Assembly: GCA_029953675.1 (NCBI GenBank) | Contig: JAMWBK010000009.1 | Coordinates: 992,001-1,056,000 of the forward strand | Direction: 5' to 3' | Length of the DNA: 64,000 bases | DNA from: Rhodosorus marinus CCMP1338 | Lineage: Eukaryota > Plantae > Rhodophyta | In this document: piece after piece, positions 25,627 through 39,092 of the stretch | Layout: each line of letters starts with the position of its first letter | Numbering within the stretch: the stretch's first letter is position 1 | Notes under the pieces: model-generated | The model's database searches: none | What the model was told of the DNA's origin: nothing | What the model saw: the letters and a program-made list of their open reading frames with translations, nothing else | Program-made: the position numbers and the translations under genes

Positions 25627-26350
25627 TCAGCCTCGGGAGTCCCACTTTGATCGCTTTCCTTTTGACGTAATTTTGGAAGTAGGCGGAATTGCCATATTCC
25701 TTCCCTCACCAATCAATCTCTGTTCAGCAGCTAGCGCCTTGTAGTACTCATCCTTTCTAAAGTCTCTTCCTGCAAATGAGCTGTAAGAACCGGGGGAAGA
25801 AAGCTTTGCAAGTCAGCAAGATACTCGACGGGGTCACATGGACGTGTACTTCATTAAGGACGACGTGCGGTCTATCTATCCTACCTCGTCTTTGGCAAAT
25901 TTGTGCCATGCTCGTCGAGTTCGCAATAGGCGACCATTTTCTCGAGTATTGCTGGATTTCGGAAGGCATGATTTCTTCGTACACTATCATTGAAGTCCAC
26001 GCCTTCTTTCAACTTCGAAAGTGCATACTCAACCCATTCTCCTAGCTCTTTTTCTGGTTCCAATACGTTCTCACGCTACATGGTATCCGCGGAGCCGATT
26101 CCAGGGCGCAAAAAACGAACACAATAACAACATCGAATCAGCAACACCAAAGAAAAAAGATACAATACAGCACATAGGGTGGAGTTCCAAAAAGCACCTC
26201 ATTCGTTGTGGAGATAACCTTTATCGACGTCATGTCAATCCCCTCGTAATGTCCTTCATCAAATTCCTCGTCATCGTCCTCACCTTCGCTACCTGGACCA
26301 GTATCCGTACCTCTCTCAGGCTCTACAACTTGTCCGGACTCTTCATCCAT
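25627..26350 (-). CDS. SAP30BP: SAP30-binding protein (HCNGP family)
   Basis: Acidic N-terminus, then KLKEGVDFNDSVRRNHAFRNPAILEKMVAYCELDEHGTNLP and a C-terminal KRSKWD, all hallmark HCNGP motifs. An alternative in-frame ATG lies at 26560. Confidence 0.85.
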
Positions 26351-27225
26351 GGTTTGATTTGTTTTCCTTGTTCTGTTGAAGCTGTTGTCACAGAGCTCCA
26401 CACCCGCCGCACCCTCCTCAAACATTTTCCAACTTCTGAGAGGTAGTTGAAGCCGAGCGTGCGACTTCGATTGAGACTGGGACGATGGCATTCGAACTGG
26501 TTCAAATATTTTTGTAGTCGTGGGAAGCTTATGACTTAATTTGATCTCATTTCTGTTCATGGATTAGTATACTCGTGTCTGAGCTTTCACAACCAGACAC
26601 AGCGAAAGGCTTGTTGACAGCTTCCTCATTCAGTCGATGGCATTACCAGGCAACTATAGGGAATGTTCATCTGCCGCCGGAGGCTCAATTGAGGATGAAG
26701 AGAATGGCCTCCCAGTTAGCTCTGAATAAACGGAGTACGGAGAGTATCTTAAACGATAACTGGAAACACTCTACAGAGAAAACTGCGTTGAGGTGCGAGA
26801 CCCGAGCCTTGGAAGTTAATCCAGCGACGCTGTTTTCTACTTGGGTTTCCAGCTTCTTCCAAATAGCTGCTGGGTTTTTGGAGGAGATGAGAGCTCAGAA
26901 AAAAGAAAAAGGCCGCTGTGTGACTGCTTCTAGGGTAAACAGATGAATTTGTGAACGCACTTTGTGAGGTTGGCAGCGAACTGTTCGTGTACGTATGCCA
27001 TGGCGGCTAAGGTGGGATTCAAACGGATGCGGACGGTCGCAAGTTCGCAAGGATCCGAAAAACACATGTTTGAGGAGTAATTCATTTAATTCTTTTCTGC
27101 TTTTTGGTGGATTTTTCATATCACGTCGCCAATAATTTCTGAAGCTCCGCTCTGTTTCATTTGACTGGTGCTTCTTCTCGTTTTCAGGGGTTTTTGCCTT
27201 TTCTTCGCGACTTTTGCTTTTTCAC

Positions 27226-28501
27226 TTAGCCTTTAAGTGCCTCCGCACCGGAAATAATCTCAATAAGCTCGCTGGTAATGACCGCCTGTCTTTGTCTGTT
27301 GTAGGTCAGGGTTAGCCTTGAGAGCATGTCTTTTGCGTTGTTCGTAGCATTGTCCATAGCGCTCATTCTTGCCGCTTGCTCACTGGTGGAGTTCTCCAGC
27401 ATTGCTGAATAGAGCTGAGTGGCAAGCTGGAATTCGTACAGATCTCTAAAGGCCTGCAGAAAGGATTTCCAGAGCAAGACATGATTAGAAAATTCACCCA
27501 AAGGTTGAGTGCGCGGGTGTTCTCCCAGGTCCGTTTGACTGAACTTACAGCAGCACCGTCGAGATCTGTTTCAAATTCGTACTCGTCGAAACGAGCAGCA
27601 TTCTCCTCCAAGAAGCTGAGCCCGTACACGACTTGCCTTGTGACGATTTGTGAAATTACAGATTTGAACTGGTTGTAGACGATAGTGATTGTGTCAACCG
27701 GACGATTTAAGACCTCCTCGGCAATTACACAGACCTGGAAAGCGAAAGCTCCAGAATCAGTGAACAAATATTGCGAGCCCCTACTACTTTGAAACCCGAC
27801 AACGTCGTATTTGGACATTTGAAATATTGCCATCTATTCTTACCTGAGTGAAGGTTGGCGGAGTCTTGAAAGCATCTTTGAACGAAACAACAATGTCTTT
27901 TGCTGCTACTCTTGTAAGTGCGTCCCTTCCCTTGTCGCCAACGAGCATAATATCTCCCCGCATAGTCTCCGTCCGGTACATGGCTTTGACATCTTTGACA
28001 ACCGAGGAGTTCACACCTCCGCACAACCCTCGATCAGAAGTCATCGGAATAATCAACCTGGGCCAAAAAGGAAAACGGTCGTTAGCGTCAAAGACCGTCC
28101 AACCCCAATCACTTGACAGTCTGCAGCGTGTCATCAAGAAATTGTTGAAGATAATATCGGATAACTCACTTCTTCTTGCTTTCAGGTTCACCCGAACCCG
28201 CGGTAGGGGTCTGCGCTCCCTCTGTTGAATCCTCCAGGTGCTTAAAGAAATCGGCCATTGCCTTTGAAAACGGACGTGCCAACTCCTGCTTTGTCTGAAC
28301 GCCGCGCAATTTCGCGGCTGCAACCATTTTCATGGCCTTGGTAATTTTCGAGATCGAGCTCACAGATCTCATTCTATTCCTCACCGCCTTCAAGTTGGCC
28401 ATCCCCCGATCCTGAACCGTAACCACCTTACCGGGTCCGAACAAAGACCCGTTTCTACCCGCTGCCTTAAACAGGGAGCCACCGCGCATCATCATAGACA
28501 T
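27226..28501 (-). CDS. ATP3: Mitochondrial F1 ATP synthase gamma subunit (4 exons)
   Basis: Presequence, then [44 protein letters not shown] and [40 protein letters not shown]. It lacks the plastid regulatory Cys loop. Confidence 0.97.
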
Positions 28502-29292
28502 CTTTATAGCAACTAAATATTACTGCACCTTAGGCACCCCGCCTAAAAGCCCCCACCGCCCACCACCAACACCGCTCCCTTAAACCCCAGAGAATACTAT
28601 ACACTTCCCCCCCTCCCCGACCCTCCAAAATACAGTTCCCAAACCTGTTCTCAACCGCCTATCGGGGATACGATCTCTGATCGAAACTCACCTCCAAAAC
28701 CCTCTGAATTACACTTCAGATCAATACTAATCGCACCCTAAAGAGCTCGCCCTCCTTACCCCAAAGCTTCCGTCCCCCGTCATAAAAATCTACGAATCCC
28801 AGTCGATCACCATCTCTGCCGCTCATCACCCGACAGCTTCTCAAAGCCAAAGCCGAACGAAAAAGAGACAAACCCGAAATGGATCGATTATTCTTTAACA
28901 AAACCATATTCATGAAAACGATCGAAAAATACATCAAAAACGAAAAAAATAAGGCTTGATGGTAGTCAGGAAAGACTATTCCCTCCCCCCACCCTCATTC
29001 GTTTCATTGTTGACTTTGTGAGAGCTTGCAAAATTCCGAAACCTATCCTACCCGTAGTGGGATAATAAATGCTCTTAATTTCCCAACCACACTCCTCCTT
29101 GAAGATTTTACGTGAGAAGTGGAAGGGGGTAAAAACGGAACAGTTATCCTGGTTGTTCCCTCCCATCGGGATTGTAAGGGGCTGAGTGGATGGTATGGTT
29201 TGGACGTCCTGCTTCTGATCGATGTGATTGGAGAAAATATATTAAAACGTAGTACAAATTTAGATTGTTCGTTTCGAAGTCAGCGATTGAGG

Positions 29293-29533
29293 ATTGGATT
29301 TCTCTATCCAATTGCAGCACTGGATTGGCACGCAGTAACCAGTGATGTATCTTAACAATATTTTGTAGTGTTTTAAATTTTATGATTGGATAATAGGTTG
29401 AGATATAGAGTCTATGAGTCCAATTGGTTCGGCTTTTTAAGCAAGAGCAGCCAATAGCAGGTAAGATATGACGCCAGAGCCTCTTTGACATAGAAGAATA
29501 ACGAATCAATGCTCGAAAGGTTCAAAATATTGG
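29293..29533. promoter_or_regulatory. Cluster of CCAAT/ATTGG boxes upstream of ATP3
   Basis: 8 matches counted by eye: ATTGG at 29293, 29324, 29385, 29423 and 29529; CCAAT at 29308, 29420 and 29451. Function is inferred only. Confidence 0.45.
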
Positions 29534-31832
29534 TTTGAAATGCCAGATCAAGAACATCCTTCCTTTTTCGGATAAGTGGCAAGGGGATTTATTTTGCGTC
29601 TTTGTTGCTTGAGGTTTTGTTCATATGAAAAATAGGGAATATATTTCACTTAAGCTACATTCCAGTGGATCGGGGAAAAGAAGGAGGTATCTCCAAATCT
29701 GGCATCTATTGTCATGATTCTGTACGTATCGATCCTATATTTCAGCAAACTACGACATCTTTAGTAGAGCACAACGTGAACCGCGCTAGATCGGTTAAGT
29801 ATTCCATTGAGGTTAAGTCAATACTCCGATTTCCTCCATCCAGGGGACTCTTAAACTGATCAAGCCCACCATGGATGCAAGCGTTGCTCTGGGGTGACCC
29901 CTTGTCGTTGTGGAGCAACCTCGACACTGAGTGGGGCCCAGCGCTCGCGTTTCGTCGGCTTGCGGTATGGTCCTCAGGTCGAACCTCCCAACTGCACCAC
30001 GGTCACGGCGCTTGTGCCAGACTGAGCCGTTCGGCCAAACTGTTCAGAGAGGAGAAGTATGATCGTCCACAGCAGCAGAAGACTGGCATCGATCCAGCCA
30101 TCTCCAACTCGCGATCCACAAGAAGCTCATTTTCCAAAGATAGTTCCACTGCTCAAAATCCTGCGACACACTTTTTCCTGCTTCCTGAGCTCATTCCTCC
30201 GCGCGTGAATAGAAAAGAAATTTTAACACAGCACTCGAAAAATATCATCAATACCTCAACGATGATTATCTATATTTTTAAAAACAAATAGATTAGTCGA
30301 TTCGGATCCGCTCAGGCAGTTTGGTGAGGTGAACGCTTCTCCCACGCAGTCCAGGAGAGTCACACCTGGAGAACTTGGCGGAACTTCACTTGCCAAGAAA
30401 CTATCGGGAGGCACCTTTGACGTCCTTCATACTCATCAAATGCCTCTCGAGCATCTTCCATCTCGTAGAGGAACCAAACACAAACTGAAAAGCCTCCTGT
30501 CCTCTGCCTTTGGCTGCATCCATTTAGAACCGTCAATGTCAAGATTAATTCCTTAGTTGTCAGAACTCTCCAAGAAATAAAGAATATAGTTCATTTTTAG
30601 AATGAAGTATCTAAATTATGAGTTTTAGATATAAATTATGAGTTTTTCTGTCTGCATCGATCGGTCCTCTTGATGGTTCCCTATAACTGTAGCTGTTACC
30701 CAGCTTTGAGAGGGAGGGAGTGCGATATGTTTCGGACGGGAAGTATAGATGACGAATGCAGGATTTGTGCATGTGTTGATTTAGTGTCTCTACGGTTCGT
30801 GGTTTTGTCATTGGTTATCTGGACTCGTCTTTCTGACACGGATTGTCTGACTGAACTCTTCTTTCAATCCACGGGCGAATCCCATTGGGTTGGCGTTTGG
30901 AGTTTTGGTACAGTTTTGCATTTGAGTTACTGTTTTTGAGGGATCTGAGTGGGATTGTGATAAGCTTCTGTCATGTCTGAATCACAGCTGTCGGATTTGT
31001 TCGATGAATCCATCGAGAATGGATTGAAAAGAATAGGATACGGAGTTCTTTCTGGATTGGGGACTGGATTAGTGCTTGCAAGTATGTTGCTGCACCTCCA
31101 CGCATTGATTTGATGTGGCAACCTCAGGGAGGTCTGCGCCTCGGGTCTCGTTGTTGCGATCGATGAGTTCTGTTCCTTTCTGATTGGCACTTTTTCTTTT
31201 TCCTTAGGATCAAACATTGTTCGCGCAGGGGTGGTTGGACTGTCCGTCGGGGTTGGACTGGGTATGACGTACGCTGAAACACAGAATCGATTCGAAGCAC
31301 TTTCCGCGTCCTCTGAAGACATTCCCAAGGAGGCACCGGCAACCCCTCCTACCGGAACCATCCAGGAAGCGCCCTCGTCGAATGACAGTCCTATGGAAGG
31401 CTCGTAACAGGGCATGACATGTGTTCGTTAATCTAAACCTCTTCAGAAAGATTTCGACTGAGGAACTCCAGAACTTTATGTTCGCGTTAAGTCGCTTCCG
31501 GTCTACGTGGTTTGCCAAACATATAAACTTTTTAATCATACAAAGCCTTTTGAGCACCACGGCTGCCAGCGAAGCTACCTCGCGGTATCTCGGTGGCACT
31601 CTGGTAGTGTAGACTACTTACAGCTCTATTCTGTACAAATCACATACGAAATAAATCAAAAAACCATACACAAAGATAGGCACAGAAACGAATGTCAACA
31701 ACACCGCCGCATTCACAGGAAAAGTAGACTCCAACCTTTCATTGGCTCAGGATGCGTTATACAAGCTGTTTTGCTCCTTGCGAGCTATTCACTCCAGCCC
31801 TCAAAATTGTTTCCCGCAGTGGCTCATCAGTG

Positions 31833-33704
<1,872 letters not shown>

Positions 33705-34599
33705 ATTTTTCGCTTTTTGTCCTGCAGACTACGCGCCGACGACGGCTCCAGAACCACTACTCTACTTCCGTTCCAAACAAAACCCGTTCAAATCCCAAAA
33801 AGAAACCGCACAGTGGACTAGGTCTTCCGTCGGCTTAACCTAGACCAACTCACAAACAAGCACCAAAATAAAACCAGTCCACCCTCCACCGAACAACGGA
33901 TACACCCCAATCTAAAACAGCACTACGTTAGAAACGTCGCCATGTCCTCTACACTTTCACCCACCTTCATGAACCAAGACCACTGCGAACTGAGACTCTT
34001 CCCCCCCAAAAACGAGCATGGTCTTTCAACGTACACCAGCTAGTTTTGCCACTCCCAAAAACCCTTGAAGAAGAAGCATCGGCGTCTCCACAAACATTTA
34101 CCACCCCAGATTCCAACCCTCAACGCAGGACCTCCTCCTAAGAAACCAAAAACCAAACTTATGTGTTGAAACTTTCTCTGTTGAATATCTCTCTTCAAGT
34201 CGATAAAGCGGAAGCTCTTCGGGAAGAAGAAGATTGTAAAACTTTCCCGCTTGAACCGAAGCTCCAGTTCGCGCTGTGCACAGCCCCTTCCAGGCTTAGA
34301 GAAGTCTGCGGCAGCATGTCCCGCGGAGATGGTTCTGCTGCGAACAAGGTCTCTGGTCGCACTGGCAGATGTTTTTTTTTTGAGTTAAGCAAACTTCTCT
34401 CGAGAAGGGCGAGAGGGCAGGCGTTGACTGGAGTTGGGGAGGGTGACTACCACTCGGAACAGAGTGGCTGTGCCCCCGTTTAGGAAGCTCACGTTTGTAT
34501 GGTCCGTCTCGAGATGAAAGATCTTGAGCTGAGCAAGTGCCAGTTGGTTCTGTGCCGGGGGTGCTCTGAGTTGCTACGAAATCCATGTTAAATATTTTA

Positions 34600-36516
34600 T
34601 CAATCGAAGAGCTCGGCGGCAAGTGCTTTGTAGCTCTTTTTAGGCTTTTTCGGTTCGGTTTGGGCCTTGGTTTCAGGTTCCGTTTCGGATTCCTGGCGGA
34701 TAGGAACCGGCTCGGTTGTGTGTTGAGGTGCAGGAGCTTCCCGAGCAGCTGGCTTTTCCTCGTCGCTTGAACTGTTGTCGAAAAGCATTTTCGAAGCGAG
34801 GGACTTCTCCTTTGGTTTTCTGTCGTGGGGTGGCGGCACTGCTGGCAATGGCGGTACGGTTTCGGAACGACTAAGAGCCTTCTCCGCGACGGGTTCGGTC
34901 TCCGCAACCTCCAAAGCTCCTATTGCGTGATCAGCGGCTTGAACCTCAGAGCTTGTGCCAGGATCTCGTGGAAGCACATCCTTCACCTCGCTTGCGGAAG
35001 GAGAGGAATCCTCAGAAGACTCTGACAACTGACGCTGAGGCCGACGTCGTTTCGTTTGCCTGATCTTAGGTTGCACCTGGGTTTGTGTTGCGCGCTTTTT
35101 TCGTGCAGTGGTTCTTCTAGTTCGGCCGGCATCCATTTCTGCGGGCTCTACAGAAGCCCAGTTAGGAAGAGACCTCGGTCCCGGCCCTCCAGAGACGGCA
35201 TCGTCTTTGGTCCGATCCTGCAGTGCGGGAAATCTCGTTTCTTGAATCAGCTTTCGCCGGCTATCAGTTATGGTCGAGCGCGCCGCGAGGATTAGAGCTA
35301 TCACGTGCTTGCATCCTTTCCCTTTCGCTGCCTGAAGGAAGAACGGGCACGTACAAGAAGAAGCTGCCACTGTACCGCTTTCCACTTCAACCGTAACAGG
35401 GTATGCATTGTTGTCGGACCCAGCCGCTGTGCCGGACGCGGTTCTCCTTGAGATTGAAAGATCGGAGATGACAACAGTCTCGGCGTTGGACAGGATCCCA
35501 TACTTCCACCTTACGTGTTTCGCCATTTCTTCCTCCTCCACCAAGCAGACCTCTCCTATTTCATCATCGGAGAGGATCTCAGAAGGTTTGGCGCCTTTCT
35601 CTTCCGCTTGCTTGTCCTGCAAACTGGGAAGTGCAGAAGTCCTCCCGAACATGAGCTTGAACTCATAGTGGAAGATGAACTCGCCGTTCGGTATCTCGCG
35701 GGTAAACTCGGAAGCGTCGGGTGAGACTATTGGAAGTGCCCGTAGGTACCCATTTTCGTCAAACAGGCGGCAGTCTACTGGGCGTGCCCCTAGCGCTCCA
35801 CAGGCTAGGGCGAACGCGCTCTCCTCGCTGGAAATTCCCCCTGGGATACTGAGGAACGAATCAGAGCCGAAGGAGAAATATTGTCCAGGGGGGAGCGAGG
35901 ACAAATTATCCTGGAGTACGTCCCGATCATCCTTAGTGACCAGAGCAACAGAGTGATCAAAGCTCTGAAGGACCTTCCGAACATCACCATCATACCATTG
36001 CCGCCAATCATAAAACAGTATCGTCGGGCCGGAAGATGTGGATGGCTCTGGCAGATACAGCTGCTGGAATTCATCGAAACTCTCCGGCTCAGGTAATTTT
36101 GCTCTGACAGGTTCGACATACCAATTGCAGAGAGCCGTAAGCACATCTGCTTCGCTCTTGTGCTTTCGCAGCGCCAATTGCCACAGACACTGCCGCATCC
36201 CAGTTCGCGGGAGCACAGCCACGCATTCGTTTCGGGCATTAGGTGCGAGGTTGCTCAATGCCTCAAATATTTTAGTTAGGAAGTTCTGGTCTCCATCGCT
36301 GTCGATGATGACGCATCCATGATCGCTCCTTCTAGCTTCAGCCGAGACGAAGCGTGCGAGTTTTCGCAGCCCAGCTTCAGGTTGCTTCGCAAAAAACTGC
36401 TTCGGATCTACAAACCGCCATCCACTATACTTTTTCTTCGCCCATCGTCCCTTTCCAGTACCAGGAGGACCGCACACTAAAACAATGCGGGGTTGCCCTT
36501 CATCAGTTCCAGGCAT
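34600..36516 (-). CDS. Intronless multidomain protein: P-loop (NMP/polynucleotide-kinase-like) + degenerate HAD-like domain + SWIM zinc finger + low-complexity tail
   Basis: 638-aa ORF. IVLVCGPPGTGKG (Walker A), VIIDSDG (Walker-B-like), ILFYDW..FALACGALGARPVDCRLFDE (HAD-like motifs I and IV), and YPVTVE..SCTCPFF..GCKHVIALIL (SWIM CxC..CxH). Confidence 0.85.
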   Translation of the reverse strand: MPGTDEGQPRIVLVCGPPGTGKGRWAKKKYSGWRFVDPKQFFAKQPEAGLRKLARFVSAEARRSDHGCVIIDSDGDQNFLTKIFEALSNLAPNARNECVAVLPRTGMRQCLWQLALRKHKSEADVLTALCNWYVEPVRAKLPEPESFDEFQQLYLPEPSTSSGPTILFYDWRQWYDGDVRKVLQSFDHSVALVTKDDRDVLQDNLSSLPPGQYFSFGSDSFLSIPGGISSEESAFALACGALGARPVDCRLFDENGYLRALPIVSPDASEFTREIPNGEFIFHYEFKLMFGRTSALPSLQDKQAEEKGAKPSEILSDDEIGEVCLVEEEEMAKHVRWKYGILSNAETVVISDLSISRRTASGTAAGSDNNAYPVTVEVESGTVAASSCTCPFFLQAAKGKGCKHVIALILAARSTITDSRRKLIQETRFPALQDRTKDDAVSGGPGPRSLPNWASVEPAEMDAGRTRRTTARKKRATQTQVQPKIRQTKRRRPQRQLSESSEDSSPSASEVKDVLPRDPGTSSEVQAADHAIGALEVAETEPVAEKALSRSETVPPLPAVPPPHDRKPKEKSLASKMLFDNSSSDEEKPAAREAPAPQHTTEPVPIRQESETEPETKAQTEPKKPKKSYKALAAELFD

Positions 36517-36905
36517 CAGCAGTCAAACTGATTGGAATAGACCTCCCAATTCAAGCTGTCTTCTGCCGCATATCATGCACACAACCCCATGGCGACACTA
36601 TCCAGGGCACAGGATTGCTTTCGACCTCCGCCTTCATCGATATCGATCCCACCGGAATCTCACAACCCGCTGAATGGAACTAAACCCTAAGAAGAAATCT
36701 CAATGCAACCCCCCTTAAAAAAAAAGCACAATTCGCGGATTTTGACCATTAGTAGTTAGTACGAGGTACGCGATTTGTGCGTAAATGCTACTGATCAACT
36801 TACTGGGGGCGCTGGTAAACCCACTATGTGGGCAGAAGGCAAATGGGTATTTGGAAGTGTTCACGGGGGAGGTGGTTGAGGTGTTGCGTTCAGTCTGGTA
36901 TTTTG

Positions 36906-37292
36906 CTAACGCCAGGAAGCATCATTGGACGACGCAAATTGGAGTCCTAAAGCTGTCTGTCTGCCAGCGTCACGCGTAGATATTCGACCAGCTGCTGGAG
37001 GTCCACGGCCCGGAAATTGCGCCACTTCGTCCGCGCGTTTGATTCTTAAAGCCGAACGAGCCGCCTCGTCGATGTCCTCGCCCTCTTGCTTTAGGAGGAA
37101 TAGCCGCCTGATATCGTCTCGGAGATCTCGGACGAATCGATGAAATGCTTTTTTGCGAAGACGGGCTTGCCTGAGCGGAATCCCACTTGAGTCATGATAA
37201 CTCAGTAACAAGACCAAACTGAAAGCAGTCAAAGCTAAACTGGAAGGGTGCCGATGAGGAGCAGTGCTGCAGCGCTGCCCGTCATCCAACAT
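36906..37292 (-). CDS. Possible small protein with an N-terminal hydrophobic segment
   Basis: ATG-initiated 128-aa ORF with SSLALTAFSLVLLLSY followed by a basic/acidic helical stretch. No family recognised. Confidence 0.25.
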   Translation of the reverse strand: MLDDGQRCSTAPHRHPSSLALTAFSLVLLLSYHDSSGIPLRQARLRKKAFHRFVRDLRDDIRRLFLLKQEGEDIDEAARSALRIKRADEVAQFPGRGPPAAGRISTRDAGRQTALGLQFASSNDASWR

Positions 37293-38244
37293 CCAGATTT
37301 TTAATCAAAAAATCAGAAAAAGGCGCCTAGCACGGTTTACGTTAGTCGGAATTGGCACAAGCGGCTTTTCAGACGCAAATGCAACGAACTAATGTGCTTG
37401 GTTGTTATTGACATCTGTCATTGATTTGTTCGCTGAGGCTCATTCACAGTAGCCAATCAACTGGACGCAAAGTAGAGGATTTGTTAGACACGTATTAGAT
37501 GCATATTGGCTAGACTGTATCCAGTGATCCAGTGAAACTCGGGCACGCGCAATAGTATAATTGGTTATTTAAAACACGTGTCGCTATATCGGCTCCGAGC
37601 TGGTGTTGAGTCTACCATGATCTGAGGCGATTCCATTCGTAGAATGGCTCCTTTCCTTTCTTTGTCGAGGGGTACAACGGAAGACAATCTCATCACCTAA
37701 ACACCCCTTTCCGGCTATTTTGAAAGATGCTTTTTCTTACGACCAAGAGATTACAGGGGGTTCAGAGTAGAAAGCAAGAATCGTGGAATGCGTCGCCGAC
37801 GGCCGGGAGGTGCGGGACAAGGTACTCCCCCAAAAAAAGAAACAAGGTTTGGAACTCCCAGTTTTTGAAAAACAAACCTTCGGTTTTATGAATAGGCGGA
37901 TGAAACAAAATTTAGAAGGAATCGACGTACTCAGTGACTGTTTTATGTTAAAATATCTCATGGAAATCCCTCCTCCCCCCCCCCCCTCTCTCCCACCTAC
38001 AATTTCTTATGTAAAGTTGTCACTCCGAAAACCTATGAGGTTTCACATCAGTTACTGCAAAAACGAAGACCCTTAATCCAGTAGAACGGAAACGTATGGA
38101 AAAGAACAAGGTTTCATATCTCATTTCCGTCCCTGGTTTCCTAAGCGAAATAGAGCCCCTCTCAAAAAACACTCGCCAAATAACAAAAGCAATTCCAGGA
38201 CAGCTGTCCATATGATTTCGTGGAAATGATATGGGTTGGAAATA

Positions 38245-38720
38245 TATTAATTTTTTGAAGAGGTTAAGCTTATTCGTATTTATGGATGGGAATTTACGAT
38301 AGGGACTAGATTCAGGGTTGGGTTAGAGTGAAAATGGGATTTCATATATGAGGGCCGACGGGGGAAAAGGAAAGAAAGAGGGGGTGGGGGATGGGATTTT
38401 TGTGAAGGGTAGTGGACACCTAATCCCAACACACCCCCCCCCGCCCCCCGACCTGTTTCCTTCAGGTTCTTCTTTAAAACTACCATAGAGGTAGGCCATA
38501 AGAGAGAATACGAAAATATATTAATTATTTGAATAAGTGAAGTTTATTCGTATTTATGGATGGGAATATACGATAGGTATTAGATTGAGGGTGGGTTGTA
38601 GGGAAAAAGGGATTTCATGTCGTGGGCCGACGAGGGAAAAGGGAAAGGGGGGGGAGGGGGTGGGGTTTGAGAGGGGTAGGAGGATTTATCCGAATTTTTT
38701 GAGGGTTTTCGCGGTGGGTG
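38245..38720. repeat. Degenerate direct duplication (period about 274 bp) in the 5' flank of the SERBP1-like gene
   Basis: TATTCGTATTTATGGATGGGAAT-TACGATAGG at about 38271 and 38545, followed in both copies by GGGATTTCAT..GGGCCGACG-GGGAAAAGG. Confidence 0.88.
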
Positions 38721-39092
38721 GCAATAGACCACTTCGGCGGAAAGCGAGGGTTTGACAAAAGCCGCTGGTTTGCAATGGAGGCGTGGACAAGGAGATTGAT
38801 GGGAGTTGAGGAAATGGGACTATATTGGGAAGGGGGGGGGGGGTTGCGGTGGAGGAGGTTGAGTCTGGATCGGTCTAAGGCTTAGTAAGCCCAGGTTGTG
38901 GGTTTTCAGGAATTGTTTCTGTGGAGATAGGCGGGCTTAGGGTCTCGCTGCGTGCATGGGTGGGAAGGTGTGAAGTTTTTTTGTTTTTTTCTGTTGAGGG
39001 GCTTGGGGTTTGGGGCGGTTCCGGGCCGGGGGGCGGGGGGTTAGTTTTGTAGGAGAGTCAAGGGCCGTTGGCTCCTGTTTGAGTTGTTGAAA

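Noticed and set aside
30927-31415. 162-aa Ser/Pro/Thr-rich minus-strand ORF downstream of the MAPK
   Set aside because: No recognisable motif and no convincing splice link to the MAPK. It could be a real exon, but that cannot be supported.
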